Positions 49,801 to 62,480 of a DNA stretch of 64,000 nt are shown here, in pieces. This DNA is from Octopus bimaculoides (taxonomy: Eukaryota): assembly GCF_001194135.2 (NCBI RefSeq), contig NC_068981.1, positions 135,752,681-135,816,680 of the forward strand, read 5' to 3'. The notes beneath the pieces are model-generated. The model was not told the DNA's origin, ran no database searches, and worked only from the letters and a program-made list of their open reading frames with translations. A program made the position numbers and the translations under genes. Position 1 is the stretch's first letter. Each line of letters begins with the position of its first letter.

Positions 49801-50864
49801 TATTTCGAATTTTTCATATACTACGGTTGTGCATATATGCATTAATATAGCTAGCTTTTTTGGGGTTCACTATTAATTGCGGAAGAAATCCAAAGTGCAT
49901 GTGAGCGTTGTTTTGTACCTAGGTAAACCTCCGCGAATTGATAACCGCTACCATGAAAAGCAACCATGCCTTATAATGCTCAGCCACCGTCCGAGATGGG
50001 AATGGGTGTATGGCAAAGGGCAAGGTCGTGCGGGAACATGCACCGGTGAGTATAACGATTACAGTAGTGGAGTGATGAAGCATGTGAACGTAGAATACTG
50101 ACAGCGCATGTACGATCCACCATTATACCCGCATATTTTCCATTAGCCTATCACACCTGTTGCACAACAAGCGCGGTTATAGCGAATCAAATTGTTACGT
50201 AAAACTTCATTCGTCATTTCTTTACCGTTTTTAATGATGAACATTGTACTGTTATGTCCAATACGATAGCTCACAACAACGAAGACGACATTATATCTTA
50301 TACTAGATTAAAAGCCGCACTCTGTGCGGACGTTTGAGATAGCACCTCCGGAGGGCTCATTGAGCCTTCAGCCCAAAACTATGGAAAGCAATAATAATAA
50401 AACCTTTATTGGTATCCTACCATCTCACATTTATATCACAGAGTATCGCATTCGGGTAAATTTGCATCACTTTGGAGATCACTTCAAAGTAGAACCTTTA
50501 CAGAATCATCTAATTTGATCAGACAATTATGACACATATCTGACTCATAATCATTTCATGGTTGCCAAGAGCAACATTAAATTTTCTTAAAAGTACGGTT
50601 TAAAATCTGCTGACAGCACCCCATACCTATCTTTAAAATCTTCAAGCATTCCCAGTGGCCCCAATGAGGGTAGGAGAAATGAGTGTAAATTATGTTTTTG
50701 ATGTTTTGAGAAAGAACGAGATTCCATTTGTTAACGAGGTAACGATCGCAGTGGTTCTTAATAAATAAGAAATAACTTTTCTTATCTTAACAACTGGCAA
50801 AATTGTTCTTAGACACTGTCTCCAACACCACTTCATCTATTTTGCACATTATAAACACTGTTCT

Positions 50865-51262
50865 TTTATTCTTTTACTTGCTTCAGTCATTTGACTGCGG
50901 CTATGCTGGAGCATCGCCTTGAAGGGTTTTTAGTCAAACAAATCGACCCCGGAACTTAGCTTTTTAAAGCCTAGTACTTATTCTATCGGCCTCTTTTATC
51001 GAACTGGTAGGTTACGGGGACGTAAACACAGTAAAACCAGTTGTCAAGCGGTGATAGAGGGACAAACACGGACACAAAGACACACACACACACATAGATA
51101 TATGGATATTCGACGGGGGTCTTTCAGTTTCCGTCTTCCAAATCCACTCACGTTAGTTGGCCCGACGTTATAGATGAAGACACTTGCCCATAGTACCATG
51201 CAGTGGGACTGAACTCAGAACCATGTGGTTGGGAAGCAAATTTCTTGCCACACCCGCGCCTA
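50865..51262 (-). mobile_element. SINE S2
   Basis: Reverse match to 10977-11385. Confidence 0.8.
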
Positions 51263-51505
51263 TTTTGAGGTTACTGAGATAGATTTGGGCTGCTATTTCT
51301 AATGGATCCAGCAGTCACGTAGTTGAAAATATAAGAAGTCAATTTGAATGCAGAATATAAAAGACAGATTGGTATAATTGATTAATATTACTATAACTAA
51401 TAATTATTTGGACTCGGATACCTATCAGAAATAATATATAAGTACCAAAGCTTGGAAAACAAACAAAGACAAAAAAAGCAAAATAATCCGAGATGCGGCA
51501 TTATT

Positions 51506-51579
51506 AGGCTCCGGAGAGATTCGAACACTCGACCTCCAGTTTACTAGACTGGCGCTCTAACCAACTGAGCTACGGAGCC
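51506..51579 (-). tRNA. tRNA-Thr(AGT), near-intact, minus strand
   Basis: Reverse complement GGCTCCGTAGCTCAGTTGGTTAGAGCGCCAGTCTAGTAAACTGGAGGTCGAGTGTTCGAATCTCTCCGGAGCCT; T-tracts downstream. Confidence 0.85.
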
Positions 51580-51827
51580 ACACAGGTTTGTTCTCTTAAA
51601 TTATTCTTATGATGTTACCAACTAGAATGTAAAAATGTAACTACAATAATGAATAGTGATATTCAAACTGTATCAATTTTAGCGACGTTTATCGTTGTTG
51701 CACTTTCTCCAATATTCTTACTGATACTAGTTTAACAAAGACTCACACTACGACGTCTGTGTTACTGTCGAGATTAAAGGTAAGACATAAAAAAATACCT
51801 GGTTTAATGTAAGATATAATGCCTTAT

Positions 51828-51871
51828 CCATGATAAACGGGAGGTCGAGTGTTTGAGTCCTTCAGTAGCTT
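51828..51871 (+). pseudogene. 3' half remnant of tRNA-Thr
   Basis: TAAACGGGAGGTCGAGTGTTTGAGTCCTTCAGTAGCT. Confidence 0.55.
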
Positions 51872-52119
51872 AGTTTTTCAAGAAGTTTTTTTTTTCTACT
51901 AAGATATACAAAATTGGTACGAATATTTATTTCTGAATTACAAATCTACTAGCGTTTGAGATGATGTATTTTCGATTATATCGACCATAGAATTTTCTTT
52001 GGAAATGAGCTTCCAGTAACAACTACTCTTTGTCAACCAGCATTAATTCTTTTTTATTGGTCACTGTGAGAGAAACAAGAACAGTGTATCACTTGTTACT
52101 ACGGAAATCTACACAGCGA

Positions 52120-53000
52120 GAAAAATCGAGAGAAAGATTTCACTTTACGTATATCGGTCGATAGGTAAAAGATACAGGGTTAATTTTGGAAATACTGCCT
52201 ACTGCTTCATAGATGATCAAGTTTACTGGAGTCCTCTTCTGTAGAAGTACTTTATTGCTAGTTTATTTCATTGAGTTTGGAAAGGGGATGAATTTTTACT
52301 ACAACACAATGAACAAAATGTAAATACTTCATAGTCCTCTTTCTCACGATTCCATGAAAAAGTATCCCTTATTAACTACGTAGCTAAATCATTCACTCAT
52401 TATGATTTGAGAAAATTTGATTTTATTATCCATTTTATAGATCTCGTTCCGCCTTGTTATCAGTAAATCCACTTCACTTATTGTTCATTTATGATTACAT
52501 AGTTTTTGACATAGTTCTCTATTGACCATGGCTTTAATCGAATCTGATCTAGAAGACACACGATCAAAAGTAAACGAGTCTTGAACTCTCCGTGGTATTC
52601 CCCAAGTTGTATATACGACTACAATATCTGATTTGTTGTTCTTTGTTTCAGACAATAGGATATGATTTAAGACAAATTCAGATGCTGTTTCCACCATATC
52701 AAGATAACATGTTGTGGATCCTTCATCATTTCGGTGGCTTTGTAGGTGCTGATGTTGACAGTGATGTGATATCTCACGTATTCACCAGTAAGAGAATATC
52801 ACATCTTTTTCTAAGAACAGGTTTTTCCTCCCACATCACTCTCGTTTTTTTAGTTGATGATACTAATGTTGTTTAGTATTAAGTTGACACTGATTAAGCA
52901 GATCTTTGATCAAAGATGTTCCATCTGGGACTGTCTCGTCCTTTGTAAGTTCTGGATAACGTTCAATAATATTCGATTCTAAGACGGCCGTTAAAATTAC
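52120..53000 (-). mobile_element. possible highly decayed Penelope-like reverse transcriptase
   Basis: Weak motifs in the expected order: DITSLSTSAP (motif A-like), EFVLNH, SYVVN (YVDD-like), TDI.K. Many stops. Confidence 0.3.
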
Positions 53001-53259
53001 CCAAAATTTGTAAACTTAGGAAAGAATTTCAACCATGTTTCGTGGTCTGCTACCACAACAGCTCCTTTATAGGATCCAGTTAGCTCAAGACATCATCAGG
53101 AGGAACCACGTCCGGTTTCGGCCCCTACTTCTCTACCGTTTTGACGTGGCGGGGCCCCGCCCCCTTTCGGAAGTGTCTTCAGCTCTGGTGTTGGGCGCAT
53201 GTCTTCTTTCTTCTATTCCCTGGCTTCTTCGATGCAGCATCAACGAGTGTCAGCGTCCG

Positions 53260-53291
53260 ACTGATTGTCTTGTCAAATTCCCCTTTTTATA
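53260..53291 (-). promoter_or_regulatory. TATA box plus initiator, probably a retroelement promoter
   Basis: TATAAAAA at 53291-53284 and TCAGTC with its A at 53262, i.e. TATA at -29. Confidence 0.45.
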
Positions 53292-53292
53292 C

Positions 53293-53471
53293 CTGCTGCT
53301 AGGCTCCAGCAGGCTGCCCCAGCAAGTTGTCACGTGACACTGTCTAAATTTCCCGCTGCTAGGGTCCAGTAGGCAGCCCCAGCAAGTTGTCACATGATAC
53401 TGTCTAAACTTCCCGCTGCTAGGCTCCAGCAAGTTGCCCCAGCAAGTTGTCACGTGACACTGTCTAAACTT
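53293..53471. repeat. 60-bp tandem repeat x3
   Basis: Unit of about CGCTGCTAGGCTCCAGCAGGCTGCCCCAGCAAGTTGTCACGTGACACTGTCTAAACTTCC with exact period 60. Confidence 0.95.
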
Positions 53472-53693
53472 TAACTGACAATGGAGGGCGCGTAATCTTA
53501 GCCCACGCATGCTCTAACTGAGACCGTCACCTGTCAATCATGTTAATAATTCATGACAAAAATGAATTCCATTTTCATAATTAGCATACAAAACTAAATC
53601 GGTACACCAAATTTGAAAACAATTGGAACAAAATTTAAAAAGAAACTGTGATAACAACAGAAAAGATACTAATTTGGAATCAGGAACGCATCT

Positions 53694-53767
53694 GGCTCCG
53701 TAGCTCAGATGGTTAGAGCGCCAGTCTAGTAAACTGGAGGTCGAGTGTTCGAATCTCTCCGGAGCCT
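53694..53767 (+). tRNA. tRNA-Thr(AGT), near-intact
   Basis: Perfect acceptor, D and anticodon stems; T-arm GAGTG-TTCGAAT-CTCTC. Confidence 0.85.
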
Positions 53768-54544
53768 AATAGTACGTATCTTCTCTTTTTTTGCTTTTCC
53801 AGCTTTGGTACAATTATACTATTTCTGATAGGTATACATTTCAAAATAATTAATATTTGCAGTAATATCAACGAATCGATGTAACAACTTCTATATGTAT
53901 GCTTTCGCCCTTGAAACAACACCTGTCTTACTTGTTCCTTTTTCCTTTGCAGTAGATGATAATAATGAAGATGATGTTTATCATTAATGCAAATTCAGTA
54001 GAGCTATCTACAATGAAGGATGTTGCCTTTTGTCCACCCCATATATTTATATGTGAAGGATTATATTCAATATCTCTCATCTTTTTTATGACGGTAGATT
54101 TCGATGTTATTTCTTGTTGGTCGTTGTTCCAACCATGACCATTCTCTCTCTTTTTTTATTTTTGCATATTTGCAGGGAACCCGACACTACATTTTCAAGT
54201 GTATCATTCCTACGACTGATGGGCTGTAATTTGAAACAGACTCCTATACCAATCCGGCTGAGCGACCACACTACATACGAGCTCTATCGTTGAGTCATGT
54301 TAATAGGACGAAGGAAAGAGATTGAAGTTTCTCCCACTGAATCTCTTGTAATCTCTACAGCAATTAAGCAGACGTTATAGTGGCAGTGATTATTGGAGTT
54401 AATTATAATAAATCAAAAAATGTATGTTGACTTTTTCCTTAACATGTCCACTTTGAAGAATTTTTCAATCTTGAGATTATCTCCCATTCTCAAGTTGTGC
54501 TGGTTTTAATTACCATTTGGTATTTATGATATAGCCTCTAGAGG

Positions 54545-54835
54545 AAGGCGGCGAGCTGGTAGAAACGTTAGCACGCCGGGCGAAATGCTTAGCGGTATTT
54601 CGTCTGCAGCTATGTTCTGAGTTCAAATTCCGCCGAGGTCGACTTAGCCTCTTATCCTTTCGGGGTGGATTAAATAAGTACCAGTTACGCACTGGGGTCG
54701 ATGAAATCGACTTAATCTGTTTGTCTTGTTTGTCCCCTCTATGTTTAGCCCCTTGTGGCCAATAAAGAAATAAGAAACGTTAGCACGCCGGTCGAAATGC
54801 TTAGCAGTATTTCGTCTGACTTTACGTTCTGACTT
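54545..54835 (+). mobile_element. SINE S1 with tail B, followed by the start of another S1 head
   Basis: ...GCCCCTTGTGGCCAATAAAGAAATAAGAAACGTTAGCACGCCGG. Confidence 0.85.
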
Positions 54836-55043
54836 TACGTTTAATAAATCAAGTATTTATGTCATATGATATTTGATATACCTATATTTCTCTACGTTGA
54901 TCAATAAGAATACTTGAGTAAAAAAAACAAAACAAGATAAGATATTACTATAACAACAATGGAGGACATTATAATTGTTAGCTACAATTTTAACATCCTT
55001 ATTCATTATCACATCTTAATAACTTAACTGCACTGTAGGATGT

Positions 55044-55117
55044 CCGTTCGTGGCCTTAGCTGTTTAGCTTGCCAGTTAAGTAAACTGGAGATCAAGCTGT
55101 CGAAACAGTCTGGATCT
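55044..55117 (+). pseudogene. tRNA-Thr remnant
   Basis: CCAGT-TAAGTAA-ACTGG-AGATC anticodon arm recognisable. Confidence 0.55.
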
Positions 55118-55634
55118 CTCTCTGACTACATTTTGTTTTAATAAGAGAGATATCTTTATTTGAGAGGATGATATTGTAGATTAAACCGGACTATTACTGG
55201 ACTAAATAAGTTACTTTAGTTACAGACATCGGATGAATGAAGACCAATTTTTACCTATTTATATATAATTAATGCACACTATATGAATTTATCCAGTGGT
55301 CCTCACAAAAAGCTCCTTTAGTGGACCAGGCAAATAACCATATAATAAACCACAACAAAGGGGTGTAATGTAGAGTCCAATTCAATTGGAATCCAGTAAA
55401 TTCAATTTATTAATGATTATTTCATTAGCAGTGTATATAACATAAAGAAAGAGAGGAGGTTTGAGACGAATATATTGATTTCACCAGCTGATATCCGTGT
55501 GACTACGATCGTTTCTCAACCTCACCATAGCTAGTCTGTCCATGTTTGTTATGTCCCTCTGTTTTGAGTTCAAATCCCTTCGGTGTATATTTTGTCTTTC
55601 ATATTTTCGGATTCGATAAGATGATTACTTTCGA

Positions 55635-55669
55635 ACTTGGAGACGAGTGTTCGAATGTTTGTGAGGCCT
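55635..55669 (+). pseudogene. 3' remnant of tRNA-Thr
   Basis: GAGTGTTCGAATG...GGCCTAAT. Confidence 0.35.
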
Positions 55670-56939
55670 AATACATCACGCTAATACTATTTTTCTCTAT
55701 TTACTTAGAGGAAGCCGCTTACCAAAAGCATTTCAATCATGTCCACCCTGTATTTTATATTTGTCGGGAATCCAAGACTAAGTTATCCAAGACTAAAGAA
55801 CTTCAGGGGTTGGTGGAAAGAATGAGAGGAAGTTCTCTTCAACGTTATCTAGCAAACACGATAACTTGCCGAAGAAAGAACGTTCTCAACCAAAGGGCCG
55901 TCGTTCATATTGTTTTATGTGAGTAATCCCTTTAGAGCAATCGTCGTTCCCTATCATCTTTAAATCCATCACTCATATTCTTTGTTGTGATTATCCACTT
56001 CATGGTACTAGTCTTTCTCCTTCAACCAAAAAGCCTCTAACTCTTTCATGTAATTATCCAGTGGCATGGCGGCGCAGAATTGTTAGCATGTTGGGCGAAA
56101 TGCTTAGCGGTATTTCATCCATCCTTATGTTCTGAGTTCAAATTCTGTCCAGGCCTTCTTTGCCTTTTATCCTTTCGGAGTTGATAAAATGAGTACCAGT
56201 TGAGCACTGGGGTTGTTGTAATCGAATTAACTACTTCTGGGTAAGAGTATAAAAAGGAAAAAAACAAAAAAACAAAACAAAAGCTCCACCCCTCTGCCAA
56301 GTTATGTCGAGCTAGTGTGGTAGAGTAGGCTCATCCAACCAGTATGATCTTGAAGGTCACGGCCGCCACATCAAACCGTGTTTAGTGGAGACAACATGCT
56401 GACGCCTTCGTTCATTGCAGTGGACTTAACATAGGCAATCCCATCCAATATCCTTACGTTTCAGTCATAAAACCACCGTTATTCAATTGATAAAATTTCT
56501 TTAAAACCCGTTCACGACGCTTGTACTTTTTTTTTCTACCATATATAACATACACCGATCCTCATTATTTGATGCAGTTATTCAGTTCAACGTATCAGTC
56601 CTTCCCTATCTTCCATAAATGCTTACAATACTTTATCAATAATAAACTCACTGCTCTTATTGTTTGATGCGATTATTCAGTTCACAACAGGCGGTACTTC
56701 ACTATCAACACTGTCCTAATTTCTCTTACTGTTTATTATGTTTAGCCATTTTTTCGGCCTCATTTGTCCTTATCATTCATGAACCCATTTGTGTTATTGT
56801 TTAATCTAATTTATAGTTTATGCCTCACGTCCTTCTCCATTCGCAATTAATCTACTGTTTTTATTGTCTGTTTACGCATTTATGTTTAATGACACTTTCG
56901 CAGTGTTTGGACTACATTCTTCCCGTTGACCTGCTTTAT

Positions 56940-56981
56940 ATAATATAAATAGAAATATAGATAAATAGACACACACACACA

Positions 56982-57015
<34 letters not shown>

Positions 57016-57200
57016 GATAAATAAATAAATAAATAGAGAGATAAATAGATAGATAGATAGATAGATAGATGGATAGATGGATAAATAGATAAAAAGATAG
57101 TTAAATAGTTACACTGATAGTGGGTTAGATAGACAGGTAGACAGAAAGAAAAGTAGTTAATAGATAGATAGATTAATAGGTAGATATACAGACAAACCGA
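56940..57200. repeat. (CA)/(TAAA)/(GATA) microsatellite
   Basis: Seen directly. Confidence 0.9.
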
Positions 57201-57239
57201 CAGATTACTGGTTAAATTACCAGATATATGAATTGATAA

Positions 57240-58595
57240 CACTAGTCAACGCATTTTTTCTGTTACAAGGTTTATAAATTTTTTTAGCTAAATTTGCGAT
57301 GCTAAATCTAAATCTGGCATCAGATTTTAACTATCGCATTAGATTTTTGAGATATAAAATCTTTTAGTTTTGCTAGAAACAGCTATTTAATGCTCATAAA
57401 GGGAGAATTAAACATACGTAGATGCAATTTTTATTAGACAATATGTCTTTTTTTTTAATCAAATAGACCAAAACACAAAGTTGTGGGAGTAAATGGACAT
57501 TATCATGTAAGAATTATGCTTGGTTATAACAAAATATCAATACAAAATCTCTATTCATAGTGATCATTCATTCTGATCATCGTATTACTGCAAGAACTTC
57601 CTCTTTTTTTAACGATCTCTTGTGGACAGCTTCTGAAATATCTCCCATGAAGTTCCAACAGTAGTCTGCTCTCTTGCTTGAGTCCCATCAGTCTTGGTAG
57701 CGTTCGTCCATTACTTTTACATCTTGATGAAAATGTTCACCTTGTTCTTCGCAAACGTTAACCAGGTTCTCTGGAGACTCACCCAAGTGACTGTGCAAGT
57801 AGTGCAATTTAATGTTCACTCTACATTCCAGTGCTCCTTCGCTATCTCTTGATAGTTGTCAGCTTTCCTGTCCCCAAGGAAATTCCGCACCACATCAGAG
57901 AAGGCATTTGAAGCCCTAGCCTCCGCCGCACTCATGGTTGTAACAAAATGTGGATCTCTGAGGAGTGTTCTTATTTGAGGTCCATCAAATGTTCTTGCCT
58001 TCTTCTTGTCACTGAGACTTGAAAAGGTTGTACTTAGATATATCTGAAGGAGTCTCCACTGTGATCAAGAGTTTTGATGAATTGTTTCATTATACCAGGT
58101 TTCAACAGAAGTTTTGCAAACTTTGTGGGGAGCCCAGGTTTTGTCCTGGTCTCTAAGTGTTACTTTAAAGTAAGCACGGCACACCTTCTTGACAAAGTTA
58201 TTAATCTTGCGCCTTTGAGCCTGTGGAGTGACGATTCCACAGACGTGACAGAAGATATCGGGATCATTACAGCACGTCTTTTTTTCTAATGTTGCATCCA
58301 TAACTAGGTCACAATGGTTCAGTTCACACCTGAAAAGAAGGGGAAGGTCTTTAAAGCAAAACTCAGCTCGAACATATTCAAAATTAGCATGACAGTCCAG
58401 TTAAAATTCCCACAAATAGTGGTGTAAAGTTAACTTTTGGTATGCTCCAGCTAAATAAAGGTATATACCGATGGCACAAAAATGTGATGTGATAGAGCAA
58501 ACCTGGGGTCAGTTTTGTAATCAGCACCCGAAAATTAGTCTACAACAGTTCTAAGATTTTATGCCAGAAAATAAGTTTTATTTTGTTGATCAGTG
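57240..58595 (-). mobile_element. Chapaev3 (CMC superfamily) transposon, internally deleted
   Basis: Ends CACTAGTCAAC and GTTGATCAGTG with TAA on both sides (TWA TSD). N-terminal Zn finger CCNDPDIFCHVCG...DQDKTWAPHKVC; C-terminal FDGPQIR, KLHYLHSHL and EEQGEHFHQD. Confidence 0.8.
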
Positions 58596-58889
58596 TAATA
58601 GATACATATACAGATAGTTAAATAGATAGATAAAGACAGAAAGAGAGCCTGAAAGACAGATAGATATCTGTCGGTCTACTTGAGAAGACTTATGGTCAGA
58701 TGTATTCCCGCCATCGTAACCCCTTCGAAAATTCAGACACTGTTTATCTAGAATTATATATCTTTTTAAATAGCAGGATGTGATTTGATTAAGTTTTGGT
58801 TTCTAAAAATAGAAGCCAAAACTTCTTCATTAATGATGTTGCTACAGATGTTAATGATGATTGTATTGCAATATATCTAACACAATTTA

Positions 58890-59660
58890 AGACGATGACC
58901 TAGTAGAATCGTTAGCACTCCAAGCAAAATGCTTAGCGGCATTTCGTTTGTCTTTACGTTCTGAGGTCAAACTCCGCCGAGGTCTTTCATCCTTTCGAGT
59001 CGATAAAATAAGTACCTGTTGAGCACTTGAGTCAATGTAATCAACTTGCTCTTTCTTTCGAAATGGCTGGTCTTGTGCCAAAATTTGAAAGCAATATATC
59101 TGACACTATCAGGACATAAATACATCGAAGGAAAAGTTGACATTGTTTAGAATCATGTGAGCATCGAAAAGAACTATATTGAAGGGTATTCCGGCTGTGA
59201 TCATCCATAAAGAGATTATTGTCTTATGAACCTTGAATCAGCAGTTTCCCTGAAGTGTTTCTCCTGAAATCTCTACGGTAAGTAAACAGATGTTATAATG
59301 AAAGTGTTCATGAAACTGATAGCATATTTGAGTAAATGCAACGAAGTGTCACCGTAACAACAATAATTCTTTATGACTGAGCCTCATTATTTTATATCAT
59401 ATAAGAGAGAGTAATATGATTTTACCTCATTAAGACGGCGAGCTGGCAGAATCGTTAGCACACCGGGCGAAATGCTTTGCCGCAGGCGAAATGCTTTGCC
59501 GCATTTCTTCTGTCTTCATGTTCTGAATTCAAATTCAGCCGAGGTCGACTTTGCCTTTCGGGTTGATAAAATAAATACCAGTTGACTACTGGGGTTGATG
59601 TAAGCGACTTAACGCTTCCACTAAAATTGTTGGCATTGTGCCAAAAATTTGAAGCCAATA
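58890..59660 (+). mobile_element. two SINE S1 copies (about 58890-59090 and 59432-59660)
   Basis: Family core and tail. Confidence 0.75.
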
Positions 59661-60065
59661 TCATTTTACGACATAATTGTAAACATTTTTCAGTTATTTT
59701 TCCAGATATGAAATAGATTTTTATTTAGCAACATTCTTTTTTACAGGAAGAGGGAAAATGCATTAAAAGTACAAAAGATCAAATCGAGAAAAAAAAAAAA
59801 GAACCCCTGAACTACTTCACCAAAGAAACAAAGAAAAAGAAAAAAAATGGGGGAATTAAGAAGCAGAAGATGGGGGACGGGATGACAGGTTGTACACTGC
59901 AGACCAAATGGCGTGTTCAGCCGTTCCTTGTGGACATGATTACTAAGACGTTGCCGCAGAGAATGGCTAGTGATACTCGCTTAGCAACCAACCTAACTTA
60001 CGGGGCTCATTTCTCAAACGGGCTGCAGTTATCCCGATTTTGTGGGTTGACATAGAAGAAATAGT

Positions 60066-60138
60066 TAAACGGTTAGTGTCTCGGTTTAGAGCGTAAGACT
60101 AGCAAACTGGAACTCAAGTCTTCGAATCTCTCAGTCAT
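60066..60138 (+). pseudogene. outlying tRNA-Thr remnant
   Basis: TTTAGAGCG.AAGACTAGCAAACTGG...TTCGAATCTCTC. Confidence 0.45.
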
Positions 60139-61963
60139 AAACCCGCTGTTCTTATTTGTTGATGTGATCGCGTAGTTCATGGCACGGGATCTTCACATTA
60201 AATTGCAATTACTGTAGAGAGAATATTATATCTTGAACAATAAACGAAGAGTTTTACTTACATGTTTCTAAAGTTAGTGAATTAGCAGGCTCGCTGGCTA
60301 TGCTGCACTGGGAAAACATTTATAGAATTGATTTGCTTGTGGCTGACCTGCAAGTAGCAAATGAAGAGACGTCCAGAAAAATTCCAATGCATAGATTTAT
60401 GCATGCTGTTTGTCAAATGTGACCCTCGGAGCATCGATGGAGTTAAATGTTGCCTTTCACTAAGTAAATTAACATCCTAGTATTACAGCATGTATTGTGT
60501 AGTTATACTGTATTTCGTATATTTGAAGTAGTCCTATGCACTGAAATGAATAATATATAGTGGTTGATGGGTTGGAAAAGGTGCTCGATTAACCATTAAG
60601 AAAAATAAGTACATGCTTATGGCATTAAGGGAAGTGTGGTACCACAGAAATGGTAAATGACTTACGGCACAAAAGAAATCACTTTAGACTTGCTAAAAAT
60701 ATACAGGGTGCCTTATCTGTACTAAGTACATAAGCAGATGTGTTACGTAAGATTAATTTCAAGAATCTGATCAAAGACTGCAATAAAAAAAACTGTAAGA
60801 GAAAACTTTTCAAATATAGATAAAGAGGAAATATACGAAAATAAACATTATTTTCGATCGTATTATTAATTTTGTTTCATTTTGAAAACTGAAAATTTAT
60901 GTTATACTTTATTAATTTTATCTTTTGAATTAAATGTATATTGGGGCACCAAAATCTTTTACGTATTTAGGATCTCTGTGGCTCTTAATCCGGCTCTGAA
61001 TAGAAATAATGTAACCAAGGACAGAGAATAAAGAAAAGAAAAAAACATTATATATTTGCTTAAAGGTTTGTTGTGCAGAGTGGCACAATGGAAGCATGTT
61101 GGACCCTTAACCCAGAGGTCCATAAATCAGAACTACACCCTGCTTGATAATGAATGCTATTTTTGATATTTTATTTTTTACACCACACTTGAATTGTCTA
61201 CAAATATATCAACCATATACATGCATATACGCCAATAGGTGTGGGTACAAATTATATCATACAAGGTCAGCATGTCACCAACTGAACTGTATACACCAAA
61301 ACCCAATTAGCGTAGTGCACAGTAATAGTAAACATCGTAGGAGTTTCACTCACATGCCTGTGCTGTTATCTCTACTGTAAATAGACTTTCTAGTATGCTA
61401 AAGTGATGTCATCTAGAAATACGTGAGAGAAAATAACACGATATCACTACAAACCCCCCCCAAAAAAACAAACGTCATCACAATTTTTGATTGCAGTTTC
61501 TACGTCATTATTCATTGCAATTAAGACAACGGCGAACTGACAGAACCATTAGAGCGTTGGACAATGCCTTGTATTTTTTCTCATTCATTACAAGCTAGGG
61601 CCTTCAATTTCATAGAGATCAGTACTAAGGGCTGACTAGTCACATTTTCCTGGCAATGGCTGTCCCTGAGCTTAAATTAGAAACAATTACACATTGTAAT
61701 TGTTTACATAAACAATGAGAACATAATTAATCTTTTAAATTTCGGCACAAGATCAACAATATATTTTTTTAGAGGGAAGGGGAGTCGATTACAACGACCC
61801 TAGTGCTTAAATGGAAATTATTTTATCGGCGTCGGTAGGATGGACAGCAAAGTCAACCTTGGTGGCATTTGATCTCAGAACGTAAAGAGCAAGAAGAAAT
61901 GCCACCAAGCATTTTATCCTCTATGGTAACGATTCTGTTTCTTTGTCGCCTTTCAATGAGGAC

Positions 61964-62028
<65 letters not shown>

Positions 62029-62029
<1 letters not shown>

Positions 62030-62423
62030 TGGACAAGGTGCACCACATATGCTATATAGCTGATGTTGCATGCCCTTTGACCAACGAATAGTAAAGAAGG
62101 AAGGCGAAAAGATAGGTAAATACAACACTCTTAAGTACGAAATAGCCCGGCTATGGAAAATGAAGAAGGTGAAGACAGTGTCAATCATTGTTGGGTCATT
62201 CGGAACAGCAGGCATCAAGGAGAATATTAAGGAAATTAGAGAATAGAGTGGACAGTAGAACTATTACAAAAGGTTTGTAATAATCTCCTTGGCACGACCT
62301 GAATAATCAGGGAAGTATTAGATAGCTGAAAAAAATGGATAGCATGGTACAGTAGGCTGCAGGGAGTAAGCCCTCTACGTATGTAAGACTCCAGGAGCTC
62401 CAACAAAACCTGTGATAAAGAGA

Positions 62424-62424
<1 letters not shown>
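62029..62424 (+). mobile_element. 5'-truncated R4/Dong-clade non-LTR element (restriction-like endonuclease C-terminus and 3'UTR) between two (TAA)n tracts
   Basis: CYIADVACP/FDQRIVKKEGEKIGKYNTLKYEIARLWKMKKV...IIVGSFGT...LQKVC..LLGT..IIREVLDS*. Confidence 0.8.

Positions 62425-62480
<56 letters not shown>

Noticed and set aside
62405-62428. Resemblance of the Dong-like 3' end (CCTGTGATAAAGAGAAATAAT) to SINE S1 tail A (CCTTGTGCCTAGAGTAGAAAAGAAT)
   Set aside because: Too short and AT-rich to distinguish from chance.
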